From NCBI GenBank assembly GCA_965224245.1, contig OZ245046.1, positions 4,448,001-4,512,000 on the forward strand: a DNA stretch of 64,000 bases. The letters run 5' to 3'. Positions 9,339 to 18,102 of the stretch are shown in pieces; position 1 is the stretch's first letter, and every line of letters begins with the position of its first letter. The position numbers and the translations under genes are program-made. The stretch is from Candidatus Eiseniibacteriota bacterium (GTDB lineage Bacteria; Eisenbacteria; RBG-16-71-46; CAZAMP01). Below the pieces are notes generated by a model that searched no databases, was not told the origin of the DNA, and saw nothing but the letters and a program-made list of their open reading frames with translations.

Positions 9339-9671
9339 GTGGAGTCGTACTACAAGCCCGAACACCTGCCGCGCTTCGGCGACATCTCGTCCGGCAACTC
9401 GGAGCTGGCCCGGAAGTTCTTCGACTACTACGGCAGCGTCTTCGCCGACGGGGCGCTCTCGGTGCGCGAGAAATCGCTGATCGCGCTGGCGGTCGCGCAC
9501 ACCGTTCAGTGCCCGTACTGCATCGACGCGTACACGAGCTCGTGCCTGGAAAGCGGAGGCGACCTCGAGCAGATGACCGAGGCCATCCACGTGGCCACCG
9601 CCATTCGTGGCGGATCGTCGCTGGTTCACGGGATCCAGATGCTCGAGAAGGTCGAGAAGGCCGGCATGTAG
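9339..9671 (+). CDS. AhpD/CMD-family protein (arsenosugar-cluster-associated peroxidase-like)
   Basis: GALSVREKSLIALAVAHTVQCPYCIDAY (CxxC) and GGSSLVHGIQM; directly upstream of ArsS. Confidence 0.85.
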   Translation: MESYYKPEHLPRFGDISSGNSELARKFFDYYGSVFADGALSVREKSLIALAVAHTVQCPYCIDAYTSSCLESGGDLEQMTEAIHVATAIRGGSSLVHGIQMLEKVEKAGM

Positions 9672-9709
9672 CCGACCGCTTCTCCCGCCGCCGAAACCCA
9701 GGGGATTCC

Positions 9710-10855
9710 ATGGACGACACCGTCGACACCGCCCGGCCCAGCTCACCGCCAGACGTCGGAGTTTCGCTCTCGTCGGCGGAATCGGGACCCAAGCCCACGA
9801 CGAGCATGCTCTCGCGACGGACACCACTCGCGCCGCCCGAGGCCGAGCGTGCGCTCCTCGCCGGGCTGGACCTACGCGACGCCGACGGCGCGAGGGTCGA
9901 GTTCGATCGAGCCATGCGGAAAGCGGGCAACGCCCCGCTACGCCCGGCAGCGCTGGACGTCTTCCAGATCAACCTGGGCAAGCTCTGCAACATGACGTGC
10001 CGGCACTGTCACGTGGATGCGGGTCCCGACCGGAGCGACGCGATGATGACCCGGGCGACCGTGGAGGCGTGCCTCGCGGCGCTGGACCGCTCGACGGCCC
10101 ACACCGTGGACATCACCGGCGGTGCTCCCGAGCTGCACCCCGACTTCCGTTACCTCGTCGACGCCTGCGTCGCGCGCGGCAAGCACGTCATCGACCGCTG
10201 CAACCTGACCATCCTCCTGGTGCCGAAGTTCGCCGATCTCCCCGCGTGGCTCGCGGAGCGAGGCGTCGAGATCGTCGCGTCGCTGCCGCACTACCGGAAG
10301 CTGAACACCGACCGCCAGCGAGGCGACGGCGCGTACGAGAAGTCGATCCGCGCGCTCCGCCTGCTCAACGACGCCGGCTACGGCCAGGGCGATCCCGGGC
10401 GGACGCTCACGCTGATGAGCAACCCGGCCGGCGCGTTCCTCGGCGGCTGTCAGGTCACGATGGAGACAGAGTGGAAGCGCGAGCTCGAGCGCCATCACGG
10501 GATCACGTTCGATCGGCTCTTCGTGCTGAACAACATGCCCATCTCGCGCTTTCTGGAATGGCTGGTGGACTCGGGCAACCTCGACGCCTACATGGCGAGG
10601 CTCGTCGGCGCATACAACCCGGCCACGATCGACGGGCTCATGTGCCGCAACACGCTCTCGGTGAGCTGGGACGGTCGTCTGTACGATTGCGACTTCAATC
10701 AGATGCTCGACATCGAGTCGGATCTCGGATCCCACCGCCCGCACGTCGCCGACTTCGACCCCGCCGCGTTCGCGGCCCGCGGCATTCGCACCGCTCGGCA
10801 CTGCTTCGGCTGCACCGCCGGCGCGGGTAGCTCTTGCGGTGGCGCGACGACATAG
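9710..10855 (+). CDS. arsS: Radical SAM protein ArsS (DUF3641 C-terminal domain)
   Basis: QINLGKLCNMTCRHCHVDAGP (CX3CX2C), DITGGAPELHP, MCRNTLSVSWDG-YDCDFNQML, and C-terminal HCFGCTAGAGSSCGG. Confidence 0.88.
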   Translation: MDDTVDTARPSSPPDVGVSLSSAESGPKPTTSMLSRRTPLAPPEAERALLAGLDLRDADGARVEFDRAMRKAGNAPLRPAALDVFQINLGKLCNMTCRHCHVDAGPDRSDAMMTRATVEACLAALDRSTAHTVDITGGAPELHPDFRYLVDACVARGKHVIDRCNLTILLVPKFADLPAWLAERGVEIVASLPHYRKLNTDRQRGDGAYEKSIRALRLLNDAGYGQGDPGRTLTLMSNPAGAFLGGCQVTMETEWKRELERHHGITFDRLFVLNNMPISRFLEWLVDSGNLDAYMARLVGAYNPATIDGLMCRNTLSVSWDGRLYDCDFNQMLDIESDLGSHRPHVADFDPAAFAARGIRTARHCFGCTAGAGSSCGGATT

Positions 10856-10908
10856 CGCAGGATCGACCTCCACCCGACGGGCCTGGGTTCGAGCGAGGGA
10901 GGACGCCC

Positions 10909-11442
10909 GTGATCGACGTCTCCACGACCGCGGCCTACCGCGGCATTCACTTCGTGCACTTCGTCCTGGCCGCGACGTGGCTCGGCGCCGCCGCGGCGGC
11001 CGACGCGAAGCTGGGGCAGATCGAGGCCGCGTCCGACGAGCCGGCGCGACGCGCGGCGTGGCGTCACGTCCGGCGCTTGACCGTCGGGGTCGAGATGCCG
11101 GCCGTGGGACTGCTCCTGGCCCTCGGCCTGATGCTCGCGGGGATGCACGTCACCCTGTTCCGGGAGCCGTGGTTCCACGCGAAGCTCGGGGCCGTGGTCC
11201 TGCTCGTCATCAGCTTCGTGCTCGTGTCGGTCTCGCAGCGCCGTCTCGGTGAGGCGCTCGACGACGGATCGGCGTCCCGGCGGACGGCCGAGCGCCGTCG
11301 CATTCGTCTGTATCGCGTGATCGCGATCCTGTCCGCCGTGCTGCTGATCGCGAGCGTCACGTTCCGGTTCGGCGCCGACGCGGGTGCCGCGAGCGAGGCC
11401 GAGGCCCCGACCGCGACGAGCAGTGGAACGCGCGCGCCATGA
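10909..11442 (+). CDS. Four-TM membrane protein (DUF2269/HemJ/CopD-like)
   Basis: Four hydrophobic segments; motif PWFHAKLGAV. GTG after GGAGG; ATGA overlap with the next gene. Confidence 0.6.
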   Translation: MIDVSTTAAYRGIHFVHFVLAATWLGAAAAADAKLGQIEAASDEPARRAAWRHVRRLTVGVEMPAVGLLLALGLMLAGMHVTLFREPWFHAKLGAVVLLVISFVLVSVSQRRLGEALDDGSASRRTAERRRIRLYRVIAILSAVLLIASVTFRFGADAGAASEAEAPTATSSGTRAP

Positions 11443-12197
11443 GCACCCGCGGGCCGGGCGATGGAGCCGATGGGGGCCGCGCCGACGATCCCGGCGGCGA
11501 CACGCTGGCGTACTGGTCGGATCCGAAGCGGGTGCGGGAGTTCGCGGAGCGTGACGCCGATCATCGACTCGTCGAGATCGCACGAGACGTCGGCGATCCC
11601 GCGTCGACGCGGGTGCTGGACCTCGGCTGCGCGGCCGGGCGAAACGCCGTGTATCTCGCCGAGCGGGGCTTCGACGTCGTGGCCGTGGATCTCTCGCCCG
11701 CCATGGTCGCCGAGACGGTCCGCCGTCTGACGCCGATCTTCGGGGAGAGCGCCGCCCGCGCGCGCGTTCACCAGCGGGGCATCGAGGACCTCTCGTTCGT
11801 TCCGGCCGAGAGCGTCGATCTCGTGGTCGCCCTCGGCATTCTCCACTTCGCTCGCGACGAGGACGCACTCGCCGCCCTGTTGACCGACATCACGCGCCTT
11901 CTCAGCGGGACCGGCCGTGTGCTCGTGTCGGTCTTCGCACCGGGCACACGGCTGGGCGAGCGCGGGTTCGATCCGGTGCCGGGCGCGCGGCTTCGCCACG
12001 TGTCACCCGACGGGACGACCGGCTGCCTCCTGGATCCTCCCGCCCTCGACGCCGAGATGGCCCGCGTCGGCCTCGTGCCGGTCACGCCGACCGAGCGCGT
12101 GTACCGGGAGACCGACACGTCCGTCCGCGTGGTGACGAACGGGTTCTTTCGCCGCCCTGACCCCGGAGACCGCGGCGACCGGGCGACCGTCGGCTAG
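11439..12197 (+). CDS. Class I SAM-dependent methyltransferase
   Basis: VLDLGCAAGRNAVYLA, VVAVDLSPAMV, SVDLVVALGILH. Confidence 0.88.
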   Translation: MSTRGPGDGADGGRADDPGGDTLAYWSDPKRVREFAERDADHRLVEIARDVGDPASTRVLDLGCAAGRNAVYLAERGFDVVAVDLSPAMVAETVRRLTPIFGESAARARVHQRGIEDLSFVPAESVDLVVALGILHFARDEDALAALLTDITRLLSGTGRVLVSVFAPGTRLGERGFDPVPGARLRHVSPDGTTGCLLDPPALDAEMARVGLVPVTPTERVYRETDTSVRVVTNGFFRRPDPGDRGDRATVG

Positions 12198-12592
12198 GGG
12201 CGGATGAGCGGGCCGGCGATTCCGGCGCCCACCGCCCCCAGAGCCGCGAGCACGAGCCCCAGCATCGGCATGAAGAGGGCGGCGACCACGAGCCCCCGGC
12301 GCACCGGAACGCCGAGGAGCGCGCGCTCGAGCCCCACCAGCGCGACCGCCGACGTCACCAGCGCCATCGCCGCTCCATCCAGGGGCCGCCAGGCGACGAC
12401 CAGGAACGCCGTGGCCCCGGTGGCACACGCCCACGTGATCGAGACCGCGAGGGACTCGCGGTAGGTCTGCTCCACCGACGCCACCCAGGCCGATGCTCGC
12501 GTGAGGGCGGTCAGAACCCCCAGCGCGACGACACCCAGCAAGACGGCGACGCCGAGCCCCGCGGGACCGAGATTGTCGAGTAGCTCCGCCAT
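12194..12592 (-). CDS. Hypothetical membrane protein
   Basis: MAELLDNLGPAG followed by about four hydrophobic helices. It is the C-terminal part of track ORF 12194..13810, whose upstream part is antisense to the next gene. Confidence 0.6.
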   Translation of the reverse strand: MAELLDNLGPAGLGVAVLLGVVALGVLTALTRASAWVASVEQTYRESLAVSITWACATGATAFLVVAWRPLDGAAMALVTSAVALVGLERALLGVPVRRGLVVAALFMPMLGLVLAALGAVGAGIAGPLIRP

Positions 12593-12712
12593 CGTCGACC
12601 GTTTCGCGGTAGGCTGTTTCGCGGTGATGATCCGGGCGACCCCGCCCGCGAGACGCGGTCGCGCGGCCGCGGTCGCGATTAGACCACGCCGGACCCGACA
12701 CGGGACACCGTC

Positions 12713-14248
12713 ATGCACGACACGCTCTCCGCATCGACATCGGACGCGCCGCTCGACGTCATCGTCGTGGGGTCCGGCCCGGCTGCGGCCACGGCCGCAC
12801 GGCTGCTGACGGTGCTCGAGCACCGCGTACTCCTGGTCGCCGCGCCGAGCGCGCCGGGGCCGTTCGATCCGCACATCGTGCTGCCGCTCTCGGCGCTCCG
12901 GAGCTTCGGACTGCTGGGGCTGAACGAGGCGGTACGCGCGGTCGGATGGCCGATCCGCTCCAGCGACATCCGCTGGGGGGATTCCGGAGCGTCCGATCCG
13001 CCGGGACGCGACTCGGGCTTCCAGGTTCCCGAGCACGCGCTCGCCGGCTCGCTCCTCGGGGCCCTCGGCGAGCTGGGCGTCGCGATGAGGCACGACGTCG
13101 TCACCGAGATCACGCCACCGTCGGGGCCTCCGTGGCTGACCGAGGTCGCCTTCGCGAGCGGTGACCGCGTGCGGACCCGGCTCGTGATCTGCACGGTGCC
13201 CGGGCTGATGCCCGACGACTCGAGACCCCGCACCGCGTCCCTCGGCGACGCGGCGACGAGCGTTCTCGTGACCGGCGTCGGCGACGCGAGAATGCCCCGC
13301 GGTCACCATCACGTCGAGACGTTCGACGACGCGTGGGCCTGGGCTCTCCGGCACGACGAGATTCACGCACAGCTCACCCTCTTTCACGATCCACGGGATG
13401 CGCCGTTCGGGCGCCCGATCGACGCGCCGGCGCTCGCCGGGGCATCGAGCCTCCTCCGCGCGACTGACCCCTCGGGCGCGAGCGTGCACCCCGGGATCGA
13501 CGCCGAGCTGACCCGGCCCATCCGTCCGAGCGTTCCCGGCGACCGGGCGCCCGTGGGGACGATCCCGATCGGGCGGGCGGCCTTCGGGCTGAGCCCGCTC
13601 TCGTCCCTCGGAACGAGCCTGGCCGTCCAGACCGCCCACACGTCGGCGGCCGTGGCCGCCGCCATTCTCGGGGACGACTCGTCGTTGCCGGACGCATGGT
13701 CGGCCGGCCCCGATTCGATCTGGACCTGGTACCGCCGCGAGCTGACGAAACGCGCGCTTCGAACGCACGCGCTCACGACGCTCGCCTGCCGTGAGCCCGG
13801 CCGCCGCCACGGCACCGCCTTCTGGTCTGCGCGCGCGACCGACTGGTGGCGCGAGATCGGCGATGCCGACCTGGTCGAGGCCGCGGCTCGGTCGCGGTGG
13901 TTCGTGGAAGCCTCGCAGTCCGGGGAGATCCTCGACGCGGAGCTTCGCCTCGCGTCGGACCTCGAGGACGTCTCAGACCGCTTTCAGGCGGGGCCGACCC
14001 TGAGGGTGCGTCCCGCGGTCCGGTCCCGAGGCGGGCTTCCGATCGCCCGCGACGACTGGCTCGGCGCGCGCGCGATGACTCGCCTATTCGAGACCCCCGC
14101 CACGCTCGGCTCGGTCCTGACCCGCCTCCTCGACGAGGTGACCGACGGGGCGTCGCGCGACACCCGGCGCAAGACACTCGCCCAGACGTGCGGCCGATTC
14201 GTGGAGGCGGGACTCGTGGTCAGGGTCGGATCCGGGATGACAAAATGA
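12713..14248 (+). CDS. Degenerate flavin-dependent oxidoreductase (halogenase/QhpG-like fold)
   Basis: DVIVVGSGPAAATAA (altered GxGxxG), VETFDDAWAW, and IGRAAFGLSPLSSLG aligning with the family motif GDAAxxxDPLSSxG. Confidence 0.6.
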   Translation: MHDTLSASTSDAPLDVIVVGSGPAAATAARLLTVLEHRVLLVAAPSAPGPFDPHIVLPLSALRSFGLLGLNEAVRAVGWPIRSSDIRWGDSGASDPPGRDSGFQVPEHALAGSLLGALGELGVAMRHDVVTEITPPSGPPWLTEVAFASGDRVRTRLVICTVPGLMPDDSRPRTASLGDAATSVLVTGVGDARMPRGHHHVETFDDAWAWALRHDEIHAQLTLFHDPRDAPFGRPIDAPALAGASSLLRATDPSGASVHPGIDAELTRPIRPSVPGDRAPVGTIPIGRAAFGLSPLSSLGTSLAVQTAHTSAAVAAAILGDDSSLPDAWSAGPDSIWTWYRRELTKRALRTHALTTLACREPGRRHGTAFWSARATDWWREIGDADLVEAAARSRWFVEASQSGEILDAELRLASDLEDVSDRFQAGPTLRVRPAVRSRGGLPIARDDWLGARAMTRLFETPATLGSVLTRLLDEVTDGASRDTRRKTLAQTCGRFVEAGLVVRVGSGMTK

Positions 14249-14262
14249 ATGTTCATTCATTT
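14243..14262. promoter_or_regulatory. Perfect AT-rich palindrome AAATGAAT-N4-ATTCATTT, operator-like
   Basis: 8-bp perfect inverted repeat in the most AT-rich patch of the window, about 150 bp upstream of the Ca/Na antiporter. Confidence 0.6.
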
Positions 14263-14411
14263 ATAAAGGCAGCCCACATATGTAATTATCGACGACGCGA
14301 CCCTCCACGGCGACGCCGCCACAAACACTTGTGCGCCCCGTCGGCGCCCCCTACTCTCGTGCGCTCGGCGTGCGCGCCGGTACCGTCGTCGACTTCCTCC
14401 GGAGAGTGCCG

Positions 14412-15443
14412 GTGCTCCTGGTCATCCTGAAGCTCCTCGTCGGCCTGACCCTCCTGACGATCGGCGCGGACTGGCTCGTGCGCGGCGCCGCGTCGCTGGC
14501 CATTCGTCTCGGGGTCAGCTCGCTCGTGGTCGGGCTCACCATCGTGGCGTGTGGCACCAGCGCACCGGAGCTCCTGGTCTGCGTCCGTGCCGCACTGGAC
14601 GGCCGGACCGACCTGGCGGTCGGCAATGCGGTCGGGTCGAACGTCTTCAACACGGCCGCCATCCTGGGGGCCGCCGCGCTCATCTACCCCATCCAGTGCA
14701 GCGTCGCGGTGATCAAGCGCGAGGTGCCGCTGATGATCCTCGTGGGCGCCCTGCTCGTGGCCGCGGCCCTCGTCGGGGCCCCGGCACACGTGATCGGCCG
14801 GGGCGAGGGTGTTGCGCTGCTCGTGGTGTTCGTGGGCTACATCTGGCTCACGTACGCGCTGGCCCGCCGCGAGGGCTCGTCGGAGTTCGACGAGGAGTTT
14901 CGCGCCGAGCGCGCGGGGACGGCGTTCACGCCACGCATTCTGCTCCGCGACATCGGCTTCGTCGTGCTCGGCATCGCCGGTCTCGTGATCGGGGCCCGGC
15001 TCCTGGTCGACGCGGCAGTGCACATCGCCGTGCTGATGGGCGTGTCGGAGCTGGTGATCGGATTGACGATCGTGGGGGCCGGCACCGGCCTGCCGGAGCT
15101 GGCCACGTCGATCGCGGCGGCGTTTCGCAAGCACTCCGACATCGCGGTGGGCAACGTGCTCGGCTCGAACATCTTCAACATCCTGTTGATCCTCGGCGCG
15201 ACGTCGACGATCACGCCGCTGCCGGTCGAGTCCGAGGTCCTCCGGCGCGATCTGCCGGTCATGATGTTCCTGTTCGTGATCGCGTTTCCGATCATGCTCA
15301 CGCGCCGCCGGATCGGGCGCCTCGAGGGCGCCCTCCTGCTGTCGATCTACGTCATGTATCTGGTTACGGTCTACCGCGCGGGCGCGGTGCCGCTGGACGG
15401 CGGTGTCGTCGTGACGGCCGGCCTGCCCGGCGTCGGAGGGTAA
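14412..15443 (+). CDS. yrbG: Calcium/sodium antiporter (YrbG/CaCA family)
   Basis: Two alpha-repeats: GTSAPELLV...GNAVGSNVFN and GTGLPELATS...GNVLGSNIFN. Confidence 0.92.
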   Translation: MLLVILKLLVGLTLLTIGADWLVRGAASLAIRLGVSSLVVGLTIVACGTSAPELLVCVRAALDGRTDLAVGNAVGSNVFNTAAILGAAALIYPIQCSVAVIKREVPLMILVGALLVAAALVGAPAHVIGRGEGVALLVVFVGYIWLTYALARREGSSEFDEEFRAERAGTAFTPRILLRDIGFVVLGIAGLVIGARLLVDAAVHIAVLMGVSELVIGLTIVGAGTGLPELATSIAAAFRKHSDIAVGNVLGSNIFNILLILGATSTITPLPVESEVLRRDLPVMMFLFVIAFPIMLTRRRIGRLEGALLLSIYVMYLVTVYRAGAVPLDGGVVVTAGLPGVGG

Positions 15444-15448
15444 CGGTG

Positions 15449-16216
15449 ATGCATGCGATCTCGAGAACCGCGTTCGTGACCGGCGCGACGTCGGGCTTCG
15501 GTGACGCGATCGCCCGGCGATTTGCGCGCGAGGGCTGGAACCTGATCGTCGCCGGACGGCGGCGCAAACGGCTCGACGCGCTGGCCGATCAGCTCGACGT
15601 GGCGGTTCACGTGCTCGAGCTCGACGTGCGCGAGCGCCGCCGCGTCCAGGAGGCGGTGACGTCGCTGCCTCCGGCGTTCGCGACGATCGACGTGCTCGTG
15701 AACAACGCCGGCCTCGCGCTCGGCCTCGAGCCCGCCCACGAGGCGTCCCTCGACGACTGGGACACGATGATCGACACGAACACGAAGGGGCTCGTCTACT
15801 GCACACGCGCGGTGTTGCCCCGGATGGTGGCCGCGGGATCGGGTCACGTGGTGAACGTCGGCTCGGTGGCCGGGAGCTATCCCTATCCGGGCGGTAACGT
15901 GTACGGCGCGACGAAGGCGTTCGTCGAGCAGTTCTCACTGAACCTGCGCGCGGATCTCGTGGGACACCCGATCCGCGTCACCAACATCGAGCCGGGGCTG
16001 TCCCGCTCCGAGTTCTCCCTGGTGCGATACAAAGGCGATCGCGAGCAGGCCGACCGGGTCTACGCGGGCACCGAGCCGATCACGCCCGAGGACGTGGCCG
16101 AGGCCGTGTCCTGGGTCGTCTCGTTGCCGCCCCACGTGAACATCAATCGCGTCGAGATGATGCCGGTATGTCAGGCGAGCGGCCCGTTCGCGATCCACCG
16201 AGATCCACCGGCGTGA
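15449..16216 (+). CDS. SDR oxidoreductase, YdfG-like NADP-dependent 3-hydroxy acid dehydrogenase
   Basis: TGATSGFG, NNAGLALGLEPA, YGATK (YxxxK), RVTNIEPG, LPPHVNINRVE. Confidence 0.9.
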   Translation: MHAISRTAFVTGATSGFGDAIARRFAREGWNLIVAGRRRKRLDALADQLDVAVHVLELDVRERRRVQEAVTSLPPAFATIDVLVNNAGLALGLEPAHEASLDDWDTMIDTNTKGLVYCTRAVLPRMVAAGSGHVVNVGSVAGSYPYPGGNVYGATKAFVEQFSLNLRADLVGHPIRVTNIEPGLSRSEFSLVRYKGDREQADRVYAGTEPITPEDVAEAVSWVVSLPPHVNINRVEMMPVCQASGPFAIHRDPPA

Positions 16217-16605
16217 TCACGGCATCGCGGGAAGCGTGGCTCGGACCGGCGGGAAAGATCGGAACTCCAGCCGTCAGCTGAAGAAGGAGCCTGCTTCCGA
16301 CCCTTGCCCGCCGTCCGAATGCGTGGGCGAGACGGGGTCCGGGTGAGACGCTTCCCGATCTCGTGATCGAGAAACGCGGCGTCAATCCCACCCGGACCCG
16401 CTAAGCTGGGGTGGTCCGGCTCCTCTCGCAGAGGAGCGTCCGGACCGGCGTCGGCGTCCGGCGACAGCTGCCCGACGAGTGCCCGAAGCGCGCGACGGCA
16501 CGCCGGACACCCGTCGAGATGTGCCTGGACCCGGTGGCGCGTCGGCGCCAGGAGCGTTTCCTCGAAGCGCTCGGTCATGACCTCGAGAAGCTCTCGACAC
16601 TCCAT
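16171..16605 (-). CDS. Orphan zf-HC2 (ZAS) anti-sigma-like protein
   Basis: MECRELLEVM...HLDGCPACR (C...HxxxCxxC). The C-terminal tail looks low-complexity and overlaps the SDR 3' end. Confidence 0.5.
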   Translation of the reverse strand: MECRELLEVMTERFEETLLAPTRHRVQAHLDGCPACRRALRALVGQLSPDADAGPDAPLREEPDHPSLAGPGGIDAAFLDHEIGKRLTRTPSRPRIRTAGKGRKQAPSSADGWSSDLSRRSEPRFPRCRDHAGGSRWIANGPLA

Positions 16606-16975
16606 GAGATCAGTCGAGCGGGGCGATCGCAGGACCGACCGTCTGGAGGCCGTGACGATGCCGATCATCGAAACACCTCCCGTCGTGGGTCGTTCGTTCG
16701 GGCCGCCGGTCGGCGGGTGCGATCGCTCGAGACATGGGGTAATACCCCGCTCCCGGGCTGGGGTTTCACGGCGGGCGCCCATTTCCCCGTCGGCAGAGAA
16801 ACCCGTTCGCGCCCCGGCGGTTGAATGAGGGGACCCCGCCCGATTGCCGGCAGAGACGTGTCGGGCGACACCGGTCGCGCGTCTGGACCTGGGCCCGGTC
16901 GGCAGGCGATACTGCCGTCCCGTCGATACCGAGAGAGATCGTTCTTTCCCTGGTGGATGTTCGGAGAGGTACCGG

Positions 16976-18025
16976 ATGCGGCTGTCACGACAGGTCACCC
17001 TCGGTCTCGCCGGCGCAGCGCTCGCCGGTGCGGCCACGTTCGCCACCGCGACGTCCTCGTTCGCCCAGCCGTCCGGCGAGGCCGATGCGGACTCCGCGCT
17101 CGTCCTGCCCGACTTCTCCACCGGCGCGTTCACCGAGTGGCTCGCCGCGCTTCGCTCCGATGCCGCCGGTCGCGGCGTCGACGAGGCCACGCTCGACGCC
17201 GCGCTGGTCGACCTCCAGCCCATCCGGCGCGTGATCGAGCTGGACCGGAACCAGCCCGAGTTCACGCTGACGTTCGACGAGTACCTGACCCGCGTCGTAC
17301 CGGCGCGACGCGTGGCCGAGGGGCGGGCGCTCCTCGCCGAGCATGCGGACCTTCTGGCGGCGGTCTCGCGGAAGTACGGCGTTCAGCCGCGCGTGATCGT
17401 CGCGCTCTGGGGAGTCGAGACCAACTTCGGCGAGCACCTGGGCGGCTTTCAGGTGATCCCGGCGCTCGTGACGCTCGCCTACGAGGGCCGCCGTGCGGAG
17501 TTCTTCCGGCGCGAGCTCCTGTACGCGCTGCAGATCCTCGACGAGGGACACGTCACCGCCGATTCCATGACCGGCTCCTGGGCGGGCGCGATGGGGCAGT
17601 GCCAGTTCATGCCGTCGTCCTTCGTGCGGCACGCCGTCGACTTCGACGGGGACGGGAGACGCGACATCTGGGGCACGCTGGGCGACGTCTTCGCCTCCGC
17701 GGCGAACTACCTGGCCAGCTCGGGCTGGAACGGCCAGAGGATCTGGGGCCGCGAGGTCCGGCTCCCGGACGGCTTCGACGACTCCGCGCTGGGCCAGGCG
17801 GTGCGCAAGCCGCTGCCGGTCTGGCAGGGCCTCGGCGTGCGGCGGATCGACGGCCGCGACCTGCCCGCCGTCCCCGGCGTCATCGCGTCCATCATCCGCC
17901 CCGGGGGCGACACCGGCCCCACGTACGCCGTCTACGACAACTTCGAGGCCATCTTGAAGTGGAACCGGTCCACGTACTTCGCCACCGCCGTGGGCGTGCT
18001 CTCGGACCGGATCGGGCAGCGCTGA
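16976..18025 (+). CDS. Lytic murein transglycosylase (MltB/SLT_2 family)
   Basis: LDRNQPEF, ALWGVETNFG (catalytic E), GSWAGAMGQCQFMPSSF, NFEAILKWNRSTYFA; signal peptide. Confidence 0.92.
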   Translation: MRLSRQVTLGLAGAALAGAATFATATSSFAQPSGEADADSALVLPDFSTGAFTEWLAALRSDAAGRGVDEATLDAALVDLQPIRRVIELDRNQPEFTLTFDEYLTRVVPARRVAEGRALLAEHADLLAAVSRKYGVQPRVIVALWGVETNFGEHLGGFQVIPALVTLAYEGRRAEFFRRELLYALQILDEGHVTADSMTGSWAGAMGQCQFMPSSFVRHAVDFDGDGRRDIWGTLGDVFASAANYLASSGWNGQRIWGREVRLPDGFDDSALGQAVRKPLPVWQGLGVRRIDGRDLPAVPGVIASIIRPGGDTGPTYAVYDNFEAILKWNRSTYFATAVGVLSDRIGQR

Positions 18026-18102
18026 GGCGGCTCCCCCGCTCCCAGCCGATTCTGCTACGCTCTCGGCTCGATTCACCGGTCATACCCGAAGGAGACTCTC
18101 AC

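Noticed and set aside
10800-10860. Selenocysteine at the ArsS C-terminus
   Set aside because: The codon is TGC (Cys) and the gene ends at TAG; there is no in-frame TGA.
16730-16960. Possible c-di-AMP (ydaO) riboswitch or other ncRNA upstream of the lytic transglycosylase
   Set aside because: Only fragments (GGGGACCC, small hairpins); the conserved CCCGxCAGCTAAC 3' element is missing.
16825-18102. 1169-aa ORF appearing to give the M28 peptidase a long N-terminus
   Set aside because: The first ~425 aa are an off-frame read of the transglycosylase gene; RBS plus GTG are at 18103.
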